From: Limisphaerales bacterium
Lineage (GTDB): Bacteria; Verrucomicrobiota; Verrucomicrobiia; Limisphaerales; JADJPG01
NCBI GenBank assembly: GCA_039806925.1
Contig: JBDHQG010000001.1
Span: 1 to 42,652 of the forward strand
Reading direction: 5' to 3'
Length of the DNA stretch: 42,652 nt
In this document: positions 1 to 9,619 of the stretch, in pieces
Numbering within the stretch: position 1 is the stretch's first letter
How the letters are laid out: each line of letters opens with the position of its first letter
Program-made: the position numbers and the translations under genes
Notes under the pieces: generated by a model
What the model saw: only the letters and a program-made list of their open reading frames with translations
The model's database searches: none
What the model was told of the DNA's origin: nothing

Positions 1-2
1 CC

Positions 3-1070
3 GAGACCCTGCCGGCCCGTGGCGCGTTGCGCGCGAGCAAGGATGCGGGCGAGCTGGCGCTGCGCTGGCGTCCGCTCTCCGCCAGCGACACGCTCGAAAG
101 CACCAGGGATCTCAACGAGCAGAAGTGGTCGCCGGTCAACGCGAGCATCACGACGGAAGGCCCCGACCGCTCCGCCAAGGTGTCGATGCCCGAGAAGCAC
201 GAGTTCTTCCGCGTGGTGCCGGGCAAGGAAGATTGCTTCACGCTGAGCGCGCAGCCTCCGGGCGCGAAGCCGAACCCGTGGGAGATCGGCGGCTTCAAGT
301 TCGAGGCGTTCAATGCGGCGGGTGCGATGCAGCCGCAGAACAGCATCGTGACCCGCAGCGGTTCGACCGGTCTGGATGTGCTGCACACGGTCCGAATCCA
401 TCCACAGAATGATTGCGATACGATTCACATCGACCTTCGCCAGACCTCCGGCCTCGTGGTGCTGGAAGCGGTCGGCCCGTTGGGAACGGTCATCGCGCGG
501 CGGGAGCTCGTCGGTCCGGGCACCGGCGTGGAGACCGTCACGCTGCGCGGCGTGGCGGCGCGCATCGGCTATGTCCGCGTGATTTCGCCAAACGCGCTGT
601 GCGTGATTGTGAAGGTGTGCGGCGAACGCACGCAGGTTCCATCGTCACCGCAGCCGACCTCGAGCTGCCAGAGCGTTTCAAATGCGACGGCGGGAACGTT
701 CGCGAGCCCGCTGGCGGGGCGCGGGCCGTTCCTCCTCGGCTCGCCCGGTGGCGTCGTGAACTTTGGTTCCACGGCCGGCCTCGCGGGCAACTGGCTGAAC
801 CTGTTCGGCGAAACTCAGATTGATCTGCTTCCGCCGATCGAGGGTTGCGACCGGGTCCGGCTCAGCGTCTGGGACTTTGAAGGTGTCATCACCGCGAAGG
901 CCTTCAACGCGGCGGGGGCGGAAGTGGCGAACGCCGGGCCGCCGGCCGGCAGCGCGTCGCCGCAGCAACTGACGCTTGAGGGAGCAGGCATTTCGCGTGT
1001 CGTGTTGTCCTCGTCATCGAGCAAGGCGTTGTTGCTGAACTTCTGCTGCGAGCGATTTGTGACGCCCTGA
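3..1070 (+). CDS. C-terminal part of a larger hypothetical (probably secreted) protein with two similar modules; 5' end lies outside the window
   Basis: The frame is open from base 3, and the TTG at 27 is only the first start-like codon. The segment ...HEFFRVVPG resembles the FFRV/FYRV domain endings seen in other secreted proteins of this window. The motif FNAAGA occurs twice (FEAFNAAGAM, AKAFNAAGAE). A strong terminator follows. No family recognised. Confidence 0.5.
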   Translation, partial: ETLPARGALRASKDAGELALRWRPLSASDTLESTRDLNEQKWSPVNASITTEGPDRSAKVSMPEKHEFFRVVPGKEDCFTLSAQPPGAKPNPWEIGGFKFEAFNAAGAMQPQNSIVTRSGSTGLDVLHTVRIHPQNDCDTIHIDLRQTSGLVVLEAVGPLGTVIARRELVGPGTGVETVTLRGVAARIGYVRVISPNALCVIVKVCGERTQVPSSPQPTSSCQSVSNATAGTFASPLAGRGPFLLGSPGGVVNFGSTAGLAGNWLNLFGETQIDLLPPIEGCDRVRLSVWDFEGVITAKAFNAAGAEVANAGPPAGSASPQQLTLEGAGISRVVLSSSSSKALLLNFCCERFVTP

Positions 1071-1099
1071 GCGCCGAGGTGAGTTGCGGAACGGATCGG

Positions 1100-1136
1100 A
1101 ATCCCGGCGTCCCCGAGACGCCGGGATTTTTTGTTT
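1100..1136 (+). terminator. Rho-independent terminator
   Basis: A perfect 12-bp stem, aatcccggcgtc (1100-1111) with gacgccgggatt (1117-1128), is followed by ttttttgttt. Confidence 0.75.
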
Positions 1137-1204
1137 CGCGAGCGAACAACTCTGGTGCGGCCTTTTGAGTGGCATCACGGCGGGGATTTTGAAAGATTGC
1201 CGGC

Positions 1205-2107
1205 ATGATTCTCACGGGCATCGGCGACGAGGCGGGCAACACTATCGACGCGCAGATTCGCGCCGCGCGCGAGCTGGGCTGGACGCAACTGGAGATGCGC
1301 GGCGTCGAGGTGCCCGGCTTTCCCAAGGCGAACTTCCACGACATTCCCGACCAGGCCTTCGACTGCGCCGTTGGGAAGCTCGCGGAGGCGAACATCGGCG
1401 TCCATTGCTTCGGCTCCACGATCATGAACTGGGCGAAGACGGTGGCGACGCCGTTTGACGTGACCCTCGCCGAGGTGAACCGCTGCATTCCGCGCATGCA
1501 ACGGCTCGGGACGAAGTTCGTCCGCATCATGAGCTTCAAGCCGGGCGACGCCGAGGCGGAGATTCCCGCCGCGGTTTTCGAGCGCGTGCGCGAAGTGACG
1601 GGGCGTTTTCTCGATGCCGGCATCACGCCGGTTCACGAGAACTGCATGAACTACGGCGGCATGAGCTGGCAACACGCGCTTCAACTGCTGGAGGCCGCGC
1701 CCGGATTGAAGTGGGTGTTCGACACCGCCAATCCCGTCTTCAACGCCGACCGCAAGAAGCCCAGGCCGTGGCCGCAGCAGGACCCGTGGGAGTTCTGGAC
1801 GAACGTGCGCGGGCACGTCGCGCACATTCATGTGAAGGACGCGACGTGGAACCCGGCGAAAAAGGATGCCGACTACAACTGGCCCGGAGAAGGCCAGGGC
1901 CGCGTGCGCGACATCTTGAAGGATGCCTTCGAGCGCGGGTTCGACGCCGGCATTTCCATCGAGCCGCACATGGTCGTGGTCTTCCACGACGCCGGATCGA
2001 AGTCCAACGACGACGCGATGCGCGCGAACTTCGTCGAGTACGGCCGCCGTCTCGCGACCATGATCGAGGGCATCAAGGCCGGGCTGACGAAGCTTCAGCC
2101 TGCCTGA
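1205..2107 (+). CDS. Sugar phosphate isomerase/epimerase (xylose-isomerase-like TIM barrel family)
   Basis: 300-aa ORF with ATG start. Length and motifs (FVRIMSF, ENCMNY, HIHVKD, SIEPH) are typical of the AP-endonuclease-2/xylose-isomerase-like TIM barrel fold. The antisense 376-aa ORF is rejected. Confidence 0.75.
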   Translation: MILTGIGDEAGNTIDAQIRAARELGWTQLEMRGVEVPGFPKANFHDIPDQAFDCAVGKLAEANIGVHCFGSTIMNWAKTVATPFDVTLAEVNRCIPRMQRLGTKFVRIMSFKPGDAEAEIPAAVFERVREVTGRFLDAGITPVHENCMNYGGMSWQHALQLLEAAPGLKWVFDTANPVFNADRKKPRPWPQQDPWEFWTNVRGHVAHIHVKDATWNPAKKDADYNWPGEGQGRVRDILKDAFERGFDAGISIEPHMVVVFHDAGSKSNDDAMRANFVEYGRRLATMIEGIKAGLTKLQPA

Positions 2108-2243
2108 GTCCCGTTTCTTTCCCGGCACGCCGACGGGAATACTTTTCCGATCCGGCGTGCAGTTCTTGCCGTTTCCGCCGGTTTCCCTGTCCCCCGGTTG
2201 CGCCCGCAGCCTCGGCACCGATGGTGCTAAGGTCAGCGGGTCT

Positions 2244-2459
2244 ATGCACGAGAAACGCAATTCGGGCTGGCTGGTTCTCACGCTCTTCTTCTGTTCCGGA
2301 GCCACCGCGCTGGTCTACGAGGTCATCTGGTCGAAATACCTCTCGCACATGTTCGGCAGCACCATCTACGCGCAAACGGTGGTGCTCGCGGTCTTCATGG
2401 GCGGGCTCGCGCTCGGCAACCGCCTGTTCGGCGGCAAATCCGATCGCGTGCGCCGCTAG
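2244..2459 (+). pseudogene. N-terminal fragment (first two TM helices) of a fused MFS-like/spermidine-synthase protein, ended by an in-frame TAG at 2457-2459
   Basis: The sequence MHEKRNSGWLVLTLFFCSGATALVYEVIWSKYLSHMFGSTIYAQTVVLAVFMGGLALGNRLFG matches the conserved N-terminus of membrane-bound spermidine-synthase-like proteins. It is in the same reading frame as the next ORF. Confidence 0.7.
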
Positions 2460-2477
2460 CTGAAAGCCTACGGCCTC

Positions 2478-5165
2478 ATGGAGGTCGTCATTGGCCTCTA
2501 CGCGTTCTTCTTCGCCTCATTCCATGGCATTGCGGATTCCATCTTCGTCAGCGTCGGCTCGAACCTGCTGGAGCAACGCGGGCTGCTGCTCGCGCTCAAG
2601 GGCGCGCTGGCGGTCGGACTGTTGATCATCCCCACCGTGCTCATGGGCGGCACGCTGCCGCTGATTGCGACGTGGCTGCAAAAGAGCTCCATCGAGGCCG
2701 GACGCCGTTCCGCGCGCTTCTACTCCGTGAACAGCCTTGGCGCGGTCTTCGGCTCCGCGGTCGCCGGATTCTATCTCGTGCAAAACCTCGGCCTCGTCGC
2801 CTCGCTCCAGGCCGCGGCTTTGATCAACCTCCTCATCGGCGGCATCGCGATGGGACTCGGCGGGCTGGAGCCGGAAGTTTCGCCCACGGCTGCGAATGCT
2901 CCCGCAAGAAGCGAGGCCGACCCGCAGATTTCTGACGCCACCTTGCGCTGGGCGGGATTGCTCGTCGCCATCACCGGCGGCGTCTCGATGGGCCTCGAAG
3001 TGCTCGCCGCGCGTTCGCTCGCGCTGCTGTTCGGCTCCAGCCTGCAAGCCTTTGCCATCGTGCTGATGGCCTTCATCCTCGGCATCGGCCTCGGTGCCGG
3101 CATGATCGCTTCACCACGCTGGAAACTTTGGCGCAGCGAACCGCTCGTCGTCTGCCTGCTGCTTGGCGCGGCCGCCTGGGTCGGCCTGCTCGTCCTCAAG
3201 ATCGAATGGTGGATCGAGATCTATCGCTACACCAAGTCCGGCCTCAACCAGAGCACCGTCGGCTACACCTACCATCAACTGCTCACCGCGGCGATCTCCA
3301 TGTTCGTCCTCGGCGTTCCCGCCGCGATGCTCGGCGCGGTCCTGCCGCTGCTGATCCGGGCGTTGTCCGGCCGGGCCGCCGCGCTCGGCATGAAGGTCGG
3401 CCAGCTCCTCACCTGGAACACGCTCGGCGCGGTCGTGGGAGTGTTGCTGACCGGCTTCGTGTTCATGCCCGCCGCGGGCCTGCGCAATTCCTTTGGCCTG
3501 CTGGCGTGCGTGCTCTGCGCGGTCGCGGCGCTCACCGCGTGGCGCGAAAAACTCGCGAAAGGACTCGGCGCCGCCGGCGGCGTGGCGGTGCTGCTCGCGC
3601 TGCTGTTCGCCTTTGAAGGCGACGGCTGGCGGCATGTGATGAGCTCCGGCGCGTTCCGGAAGCACGAACGCGAACCGGACTTCTCCATCATGGAGGAGCG
3701 CAAGCAGAAGATTCAGATCCTGTTCTACGAGGATGCGGCGGATGCGACCGTCTCCGTCGAGAAGGGCAGGAGCAGATGGGGCGATTTCGACGAATACGGC
3801 CTTCGCATCAATGGCAAGGCCGACGCATCGTCCTTTGGCGATCTCAGCACCCAGAAGTTGATCGGCCACCTTCCTTTCCTCGCGCGGCCCGGCGCGAAAG
3901 ATGTCTTCGTGCTGGGGCTCGGCAGCGGCATCACCGGCGGCTCCGTGCTGACGCATCCCGTCGAGCGTCTCGTGGTGGCCGAGAACTGCGAACCCGTCGT
4001 CCGCGCCGCGAAGTTCTTCGAGCCGTGGAACCGCGGCGTGCTCACCGACAAGCGGACCACCATCGAGATCGAAGATGCGCGCACGGCGCTGAAGCTCAGC
4101 CCGCGGCAGTACGACGTCATCATCACGCAGCCTTCCAATCCGTGGATGGCCGGCGTCGGCAGCGTGTTCAGCAAGGAATACTACGAGCTGGCGGCCAGCC
4201 GGCTGAAGGACGGCGGCATCATGGTGCAATGGTTTCAGGTTTACGAAATGCACGACGGCATTGTGGGCCTGGTGCTCCGCACCTTCGGCCACACCTTTCC
4301 GCACCTGGAGATCTGGGACACGGGCGCCGGCGACATCGTGCTGATCGGCTCGCGCACGCCCTGGGCCTCCACGTTGAAGGACTGGGATCGCATCTTTGAA
4401 CGCCCGACCGTGAAGGAGGATCTGGCCCTGATCGGCATCCATTCCGTGGCCCAGCTTGCCGCGCGTCAATTCGCCTCGCAACGCACCGCGTTCGCCATCG
4501 CGGGCGAGGGGCCGACCCAGAGCGATCTCTTCCCGGTGCTGGAATATCAGGCTCCGCTGGCGCGTTACCTGGGCATCACCGCGCAGACGATCTCGCGTTT
4601 CGACGAGCGGACGCACCAACGCCATCTCGCGTCCCCGGAACGCGTCGCCGCGCTCAACGCGCTCTCCACCGACCAGCTCGCGCAGACCTTCGGCACCTTC
4701 TGGACGTTCAACGAGGAGCTGCAAAAGCACATCCTCTGGCGCCTGAGTTACGAAACGTTGCCCGGCGCCGCCGAGCCCGTCGAAGTGCGCGCGATGCCGT
4801 GCGTGTTCCGCTCCACCAACACGCCGGCGCTGCCGCCGCAGTTGATGTCCCGCGTGCCCGAAGTCTCCCGGAAGATCGTGGCGGCGGCGATGTTGCTGAG
4901 AGGTTCTTCCGCGCAGCGCATGCAGGGCGCCGATGCGGTGGAAACGCTGATCCGTGAACGGCAGCCCGATGCGGACTGGTCGTCCGCGCGGCTCGCCGTG
5001 CAGGCCACGCGCACGACGTGGGGACTGGTGGAGCCGGCCAGGACTCGTTCGCTCATCCAGCTCGGGCTCGAACGGGAGCCGGGCAACGCCGAGCTGCAAT
5101 ACTTCGCACGCATTCTCCAACGCGAGAAACCGTCCGTGGGCGGCCTCTCTGCCGTCGACAAATAG
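2478..5165 (+). CDS. Fused polytopic-membrane/spermidine-synthase-like protein (main body; continuation of 2244..2459 across a TAG)
   Basis: 895-aa ORF with multiple hydrophobic helices. A class-I methyltransferase/spermidine-synthase core follows (VFVLGLGSGITGG, YDVIITQPSNPW), then a long C-terminal extension. The six codons between the TAG and the ATG at 2478 (LKAYGL) read on as the conserved YG.LE..IG helix. Confidence 0.85.
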   Translation: MEVVIGLYAFFFASFHGIADSIFVSVGSNLLEQRGLLLALKGALAVGLLIIPTVLMGGTLPLIATWLQKSSIEAGRRSARFYSVNSLGAVFGSAVAGFYLVQNLGLVASLQAAALINLLIGGIAMGLGGLEPEVSPTAANAPARSEADPQISDATLRWAGLLVAITGGVSMGLEVLAARSLALLFGSSLQAFAIVLMAFILGIGLGAGMIASPRWKLWRSEPLVVCLLLGAAAWVGLLVLKIEWWIEIYRYTKSGLNQSTVGYTYHQLLTAAISMFVLGVPAAMLGAVLPLLIRALSGRAAALGMKVGQLLTWNTLGAVVGVLLTGFVFMPAAGLRNSFGLLACVLCAVAALTAWREKLAKGLGAAGGVAVLLALLFAFEGDGWRHVMSSGAFRKHEREPDFSIMEERKQKIQILFYEDAADATVSVEKGRSRWGDFDEYGLRINGKADASSFGDLSTQKLIGHLPFLARPGAKDVFVLGLGSGITGGSVLTHPVERLVVAENCEPVVRAAKFFEPWNRGVLTDKRTTIEIEDARTALKLSPRQYDVIITQPSNPWMAGVGSVFSKEYYELAASRLKDGGIMVQWFQVYEMHDGIVGLVLRTFGHTFPHLEIWDTGAGDIVLIGSRTPWASTLKDWDRIFERPTVKEDLALIGIHSVAQLAARQFASQRTAFAIAGEGPTQSDLFPVLEYQAPLARYLGITAQTISRFDERTHQRHLASPERVAALNALSTDQLAQTFGTFWTFNEELQKHILWRLSYETLPGAAEPVEVRAMPCVFRSTNTPALPPQLMSRVPEVSRKIVAAAMLLRGSSAQRMQGADAVETLIRERQPDADWSSARLAVQATRTTWGLVEPARTRSLIQLGLEREPGNAELQYFARILQREKPSVGGLSAVDK

Positions 5166-5223
5166 GCCCGGGCGGCGCGTCGCCTGACTTTCGTTTTGCC
5201 CGGCGCCGGCGTTTGAGCTACTT

Positions 5224-6357
5224 ATGCGCACACGCATGAAGACTCCGTTCGCGGGACTGCGCCCTGTCATTCTCCTTCTCTCCGGGTTGCTGGTGGCTGT
5301 TGCCGGGGCCGCTCCGTCGATCCCGCGCCGCACAACCGTCTCGCTCGTGGGCGATGCGGTTCATCTCAATGGCGAACCCACTTACAAGGGCAGGACATGG
5401 CGTGGACACAGGATCGAAGGGCTGCTCTTCAACTCGCGCATGGTGCAGGGGATCTTCGATGACCGGAATCCGGCGACTGTGAAGCAGTGGGCGTATCCGG
5501 ACACCGGCGTCTGGGACGCGGAACGCAACACGCGCGAGTTCATTGCCGCGATGCCTGAATGGCGACGGCACGGCCTGCTGGCGATCACGATGAATCTGCA
5601 GGGCGGTTCGCCGCAGGGCTACTCGCAGGATCAGCCGTGGCATAACTCCGCGATCAACGAGGACGGGTCGCTTCGCGCCGATTACATGGCGCGTCTGGAG
5701 CGCATCCTGGATCGGGCCGACGAGCTCGGCATGGTGGTCATCCTGGGTTATTTTTACTTCGGGCAGGATGAGCGGTTGAAGGACGAGGCGGCGGTCATTC
5801 GCGCGACGGACAACGCGACGGCCTGGCTGCAGGAGCGCGGCCACCGGAATCTGCTCATCGAGATCAACAACGAGTGCAACGTTCGTTACGATCACGCCAT
5901 CCTGAAGCCGGAACGGGTTCACGAGCTGATTCGACGCGTTCGCGAAAAGACGCAACAGGGCCGGCGCCTGCTTGTCGGCACGTCTTACGGGGGCGGCGTG
6001 ATTCCGCAGGAGAAGGTGGTGCGCGCCTCTGACTTCCTGTTGTTGCACGGCAACGGAGTTTCCGATCCCGCGAAGATCGCCGGCATGGTCCGAAAGACCC
6101 GGCAGGTGGCGGGGTACACGCCCAAGCCGGTTCTGTTCAACGAGGACGACCACTTCAACTTCGACCGGCCCACGAACAACTTCACGGCCGCGATCAGCGA
6201 GCATGCGTCGTGGGGATACTTCGATTTCCGCGGGAAGGGCGAGGGCTTCGCCGACGGTTACCAGAGCGTGCCGGTCAACTGGGGGCTCAGCAGCGAACGC
6301 AAGCGCGCCTTCTTCCATTTGCTCGCGGAGATGACTGGTAGCAAACTGGAGCCATGA
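5224..6357 (+). CDS. Secreted glycoside-hydrolase-like protein (GH5/cellulase-superfamily-like TIM barrel)
   Basis: There is an N-terminal signal peptide (LRPVILLLSGLLVAVAGAAP). The motifs LIEINNECN (NE acid/base-like) and YFDF are consistent with clan GH-A. Family assignment is from memory and needs an HMM search. Confidence 0.55.
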   Translation: MRTRMKTPFAGLRPVILLLSGLLVAVAGAAPSIPRRTTVSLVGDAVHLNGEPTYKGRTWRGHRIEGLLFNSRMVQGIFDDRNPATVKQWAYPDTGVWDAERNTREFIAAMPEWRRHGLLAITMNLQGGSPQGYSQDQPWHNSAINEDGSLRADYMARLERILDRADELGMVVILGYFYFGQDERLKDEAAVIRATDNATAWLQERGHRNLLIEINNECNVRYDHAILKPERVHELIRRVREKTQQGRRLLVGTSYGGGVIPQEKVVRASDFLLLHGNGVSDPAKIAGMVRKTRQVAGYTPKPVLFNEDDHFNFDRPTNNFTAAISEHASWGYFDFRGKGEGFADGYQSVPVNWGLSSERKRAFFHLLAEMTGSKLEP

Positions 6358-7349
6358 ACTTCAGCATCCGACCCGGCTTTCTCGCCGCCATCCTGGCGCT
6401 TCTCATCACCGTTCCTCCGGGCGCGCAGGCGGGCGTGTCCATCACGCGCACAAACTATCACGGCTGGCCGGACTCCTATGTCTTGAGCAACGGCGAAGTC
6501 GCCGCCGTGGTGGTGCCGGCGGTCGGGCGCGTCATGCAGTTCGGCTATGTCGGCGAGCCGGGTGTGTTTTGGGAGAACCCCTCCCTCGCCGGCCGCATTG
6601 CCGATGGCGAGCTGTCGGTGTGGGCGTCGAAGGACTGGGTGAATTTTGGCGGCGACAAAACGTGGCCGTCACCGGAATCCGACTGGACCGTCTTCACCAA
6701 CCGCAAGGGCTGGCGTCCGCCGCCGGCCTTCGACGGCTGGGCGGCTGACGTGAAAATTTCCGGCAAGACCCTGACGTTGATCACGTCCGAGGATCCGTTT
6801 TTCCTCACGGTTGCGGAGCGCCGCATCGAGCTTCATTCGAGCAGGCCGCAGCTGGAGATTACGACGACCTACAAACGCACCCGCGGCGAGCCCGCGGTCA
6901 TCGGCATCTGGGTGATCACGCAGCTCAAGGAGCCCGCCGGCCTGTTCGCGCCGGTGCCGAAGAAATCGATCTTCAAGGACGGCTACACGCCGCTGCTCCC
7001 GACTCCCCCGCCAAGCCTGAAGGTGGAGGATGGCCTGGTGTCTCTCACGCGCAATCCCGAGGCGCCGCACAAGATCGGTCTCGATGGCGACAGCCTGCTG
7101 TGGGTCGGCGAGAAGCAGGTGCTTCGCATCGATTCGCCGCGGGTGAAGGGCGGCGATTACCCGGACAAGGGAAGCAGCGCCGAGATTTACACCGCCGCCA
7201 ATCCGCTGCCGTACATCGAGCTGGAGACGCTGGGACCGCTGCGACAAATGAAGGCCGGTGACACGATCAAACGGCGCAACGTCTACACCTTGTCACGTCG
7301 CTCGCGGCCGACGCCCGCGGACGAGGCCAAGGCGATCTACAAGCGCTGA
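6354..7349 (+). CDS. Secreted hypothetical protein, mutarotase/DUF4380-like
   Basis: ATGA start/stop overlap with the upstream hydrolase indicates translational coupling. Signal peptide is FLAAILALLITVPPGAQA. The sequence is beta-rich; family recognition is tentative. Confidence 0.5.
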   Translation: MNFSIRPGFLAAILALLITVPPGAQAGVSITRTNYHGWPDSYVLSNGEVAAVVVPAVGRVMQFGYVGEPGVFWENPSLAGRIADGELSVWASKDWVNFGGDKTWPSPESDWTVFTNRKGWRPPPAFDGWAADVKISGKTLTLITSEDPFFLTVAERRIELHSSRPQLEITTTYKRTRGEPAVIGIWVITQLKEPAGLFAPVPKKSIFKDGYTPLLPTPPPSLKVEDGLVSLTRNPEAPHKIGLDGDSLLWVGEKQVLRIDSPRVKGGDYPDKGSSAEIYTAANPLPYIELETLGPLRQMKAGDTIKRRNVYTLSRRSRPTPADEAKAIYKR

Positions 7350-7362
7350 CGCGGGCGTCCGA

Positions 7363-8610
7363 ATGGAAATGGCGTCTCTCTATCAGCAGCTCGCCATCGC
7401 GCTCGGCCTCGGCCTGCTGGTCGGCCTGCAGCGCGAACGCACCAACGCCCGCCTCGCCGGCTTCCGGACGTTCCCCCTGATCACCTTGCTGGGCGCGGTG
7501 TGCGCGCATCTGGCGGGAACGTTTGGCCCGTGGTTGGTGGGGATCGGGCTCGCCGGCCTCGCGGGACTTCTCATCGTCGGCAATCTGCCGGCAGTCCGCC
7601 CGAAGGATCCCGATCCGGGCCTGACCTCCGAGGTGGCCATGCTGGTGATGTTCGCCGTGGGCGGGCTGCTCGTCCTCCAGCAGACCGCGCTGGCGATTGC
7701 CATCGGCGGCACGGTGGCGGTGTTGCTCCATCTGAAGCCGCAGATGCACCGCTTCGCGTCGCGCATCGGAGAGCGCGACTTCACCGCGGTGATGCAGTTC
7801 GCGCTGATCTCGCTGGTCATCCTGCCGGTGTTGCCGAACCGGTTCTACGGGCCCTACCTGGTTCTGAATCCCTTCAAGATCTGGCTCATGGTCGTGCTCA
7901 TCGTCGGCATCAGCCTGGGTGGTTACCTCATCTACAAACTGCTCGGGCCCCGCGCCGGCACGCTGGCGGCAGGAATCCTGGGCGGGCTGATTTCCAGCAC
8001 CGCCACCACGGCATCGTACGCCCGCCGCTCCGGCCCGTCAGCTGGCGGCGTTGCGCTCGCGGCATTTGTCATCGTCACGGCGTCGGCCATTTTGTTCGTG
8101 CGAATCCTGGCCCTCATTGGCGCGACCTCGCCGGCGTTGCTGAACGTCGCCTTCGCGCCGGTCGCGACCATGCTCGCCACCGTCGGCCTGCTCGCAACAT
8201 GGTTTGGGTTCTCGGCGCGTCGGGAAACCTCGGCGATGCCGGAACATGAAAATCCGGCCGAGTTGAAACCAGCCATCATCTTCGCCGGGCTCTACGCGCT
8301 GATGTTGATTGCGACCGCGGCGGCGCGGGACTACCTCGGCGAGGGTGGCCTCTACGCGGTTGCGGTTCTCTCTGGTTTGACCGACATGGACGCGATCACG
8401 CTGTCCGTCTCGCAGATGGTGAATTCGGGCCGGGTCGCAAACGACACGGGCTGGCGGGTGATTCTTGTCGCCGCCCTGTCGAACCTCGTCTTCAAGGGCG
8501 GGATGGTTGTCGTGATGGGCGAACGCGCGCTCGCCCGGCGTGTCGTCATCACCTTCGCCGTCGCATTCTCGGTGGGGCTGCTGGTCGTCTTCCTGTGGCC
8601 GGCGCGATAG
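7363..8610 (+). CDS. MgtC/SapB-family membrane protein with DUF4010-like C-terminal half
   Basis: The ATG at 7363 gives MEMASLYQQLAIALGLGLLVGLQRERTNARLAGFRTFPLITLLG, the MgtC signature, followed by about 10 hydrophobic helices. The upstream Arg-rich extension from 7258 is rejected. Confidence 0.8.
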   Translation: MEMASLYQQLAIALGLGLLVGLQRERTNARLAGFRTFPLITLLGAVCAHLAGTFGPWLVGIGLAGLAGLLIVGNLPAVRPKDPDPGLTSEVAMLVMFAVGGLLVLQQTALAIAIGGTVAVLLHLKPQMHRFASRIGERDFTAVMQFALISLVILPVLPNRFYGPYLVLNPFKIWLMVVLIVGISLGGYLIYKLLGPRAGTLAAGILGGLISSTATTASYARRSGPSAGGVALAAFVIVTASAILFVRILALIGATSPALLNVAFAPVATMLATVGLLATWFGFSARRETSAMPEHENPAELKPAIIFAGLYALMLIATAAARDYLGEGGLYAVAVLSGLTDMDAITLSVSQMVNSGRVANDTGWRVILVAALSNLVFKGGMVVVMGERALARRVVITFAVAFSVGLLVVFLWPAR

Positions 8611-8627
8611 GCCGCGCGAGCCGGCGC

Positions 8628-9587
8628 TTATGGGCGCAGGACAATCTTTCCGTACGCCCCGGGCTCCAGCACGGCGACATGCGCCTTGGCGGCGTCAGCC
8701 AGCGGCATCTCGCGGCCGACGATGGGACGGAGCGTTCCGTTCTCCAACCCGGCGCCGAGCGCCGCGTGAATGCCGGCGAGTTCCGCGTCTGAGGCGTTGA
8801 AAAGCATCATCGCCCGGATGTCGGCGTCGCGTTTCATCAATTCGCGCGGCGTGATTTCCACGTTGCCGCGGCTGCCGATGACGATGACGCGGCCGGATGG
8901 CGCGAGCAGCGTGAGATCCTTGCCGAGGTTCACATTGGCCAGCATCTCGAGGATGATGTCCACGCCGCGACCGTCCGTGAGTTGGAGAATCTTTTCCAGA
9001 TACGCGGGATCGCGATGATCCACGACGTGATGCGCGCCCTGATCCGCCACAAGCTTCCGACCGGCCTCCGTGCCGCCGGTGCCGATCACGTTCAAGCCCG
9101 CCGCCCTCGCGATTTGCGTCGCGGCGATGCCGACGCCGCCGCTGGCGCCATGAATCAGGACGCTTTCACCGGCCTGGGCCCGGGCGCGGTGAAAGAGCGC
9201 GCGATAAGCGGTCGCGTAAGGAATGTTGATGGCCGCGCCCTGCTGAAAAGAAATGCCGGCAGGCAATGGATGAGCATTTTTCTCCGCGCACAAGGCGTAC
9301 TCGGCGTAAGAGCCGGTGAGGGTATCGGAGGTGTAAACGCGGTCGCCGGCCTTGCATTGAGTCACGCCGGCACCCGCCGCCTCCACCACGCCCGCGGAAT
9401 CCATGCCCGGCGTCCACGGGAGTTTGAGCGCGGGATTGCTGCCCGACCGTTGGTAGGTCTCGACCGGATTGACGCCCACAGCGTGAATCTTGACGAGCAC
9501 CTGGCCGGGGCCGGGGGCCGGCAAAGACACCTCCTCCAGCCGCAACACTTCCGGACCGCCGAACTGATGGACACGTATCGCTTTCAT
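8628..9587 (-). CDS. NADPH:quinone oxidoreductase (zeta-crystallin-type medium-chain dehydrogenase/reductase)
   Basis: MKAIRVHQFGGPEVLRLEEVSLPAPGPGQVLVKIHAVGVNPVETY plus the nucleotide-binding motif HGASGGVGIAA are classic Qor/MDR features. Confidence 0.88.
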   Translation of the reverse strand: MKAIRVHQFGGPEVLRLEEVSLPAPGPGQVLVKIHAVGVNPVETYQRSGSNPALKLPWTPGMDSAGVVEAAGAGVTQCKAGDRVYTSDTLTGSYAEYALCAEKNAHPLPAGISFQQGAAINIPYATAYRALFHRARAQAGESVLIHGASGGVGIAATQIARAAGLNVIGTGGTEAGRKLVADQGAHHVVDHRDPAYLEKILQLTDGRGVDIILEMLANVNLGKDLTLLAPSGRVIVIGSRGNVEITPRELMKRDADIRAMMLFNASDAELAGIHAALGAGLENGTLRPIVGREMPLADAAKAHVAVLEPGAYGKIVLRP

Positions 9588-9619
9588 GAAGCGCACGTTG
9601 TCAGCCCGGGCACGGGCGA

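Noticed and set aside
1175-2305. 376-aa minus-strand ORF antisense to the sugar-phosphate isomerase gene
   Set aside because: It fully overlaps a plus-strand ORF with recognisable family motifs. The translation is Arg/Ala/Gly/Leu-rich with no motifs, typical of an antisense frame in GC-rich DNA.
3111-5333. 740-aa minus-strand ORF antisense to the spermidine-synthase-like gene
   Set aside because: Same reasoning. The plus-strand product has TM helices and a methyltransferase core, and the antisense product is low-complexity R/G/A-rich.
5218-6318. 366-aa minus-strand ORF antisense to the GH5-like gene
   Set aside because: The plus-strand frame has a signal peptide and hydrolase-like motifs, and is translationally coupled to the next gene. 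The antisense frame is featureless.
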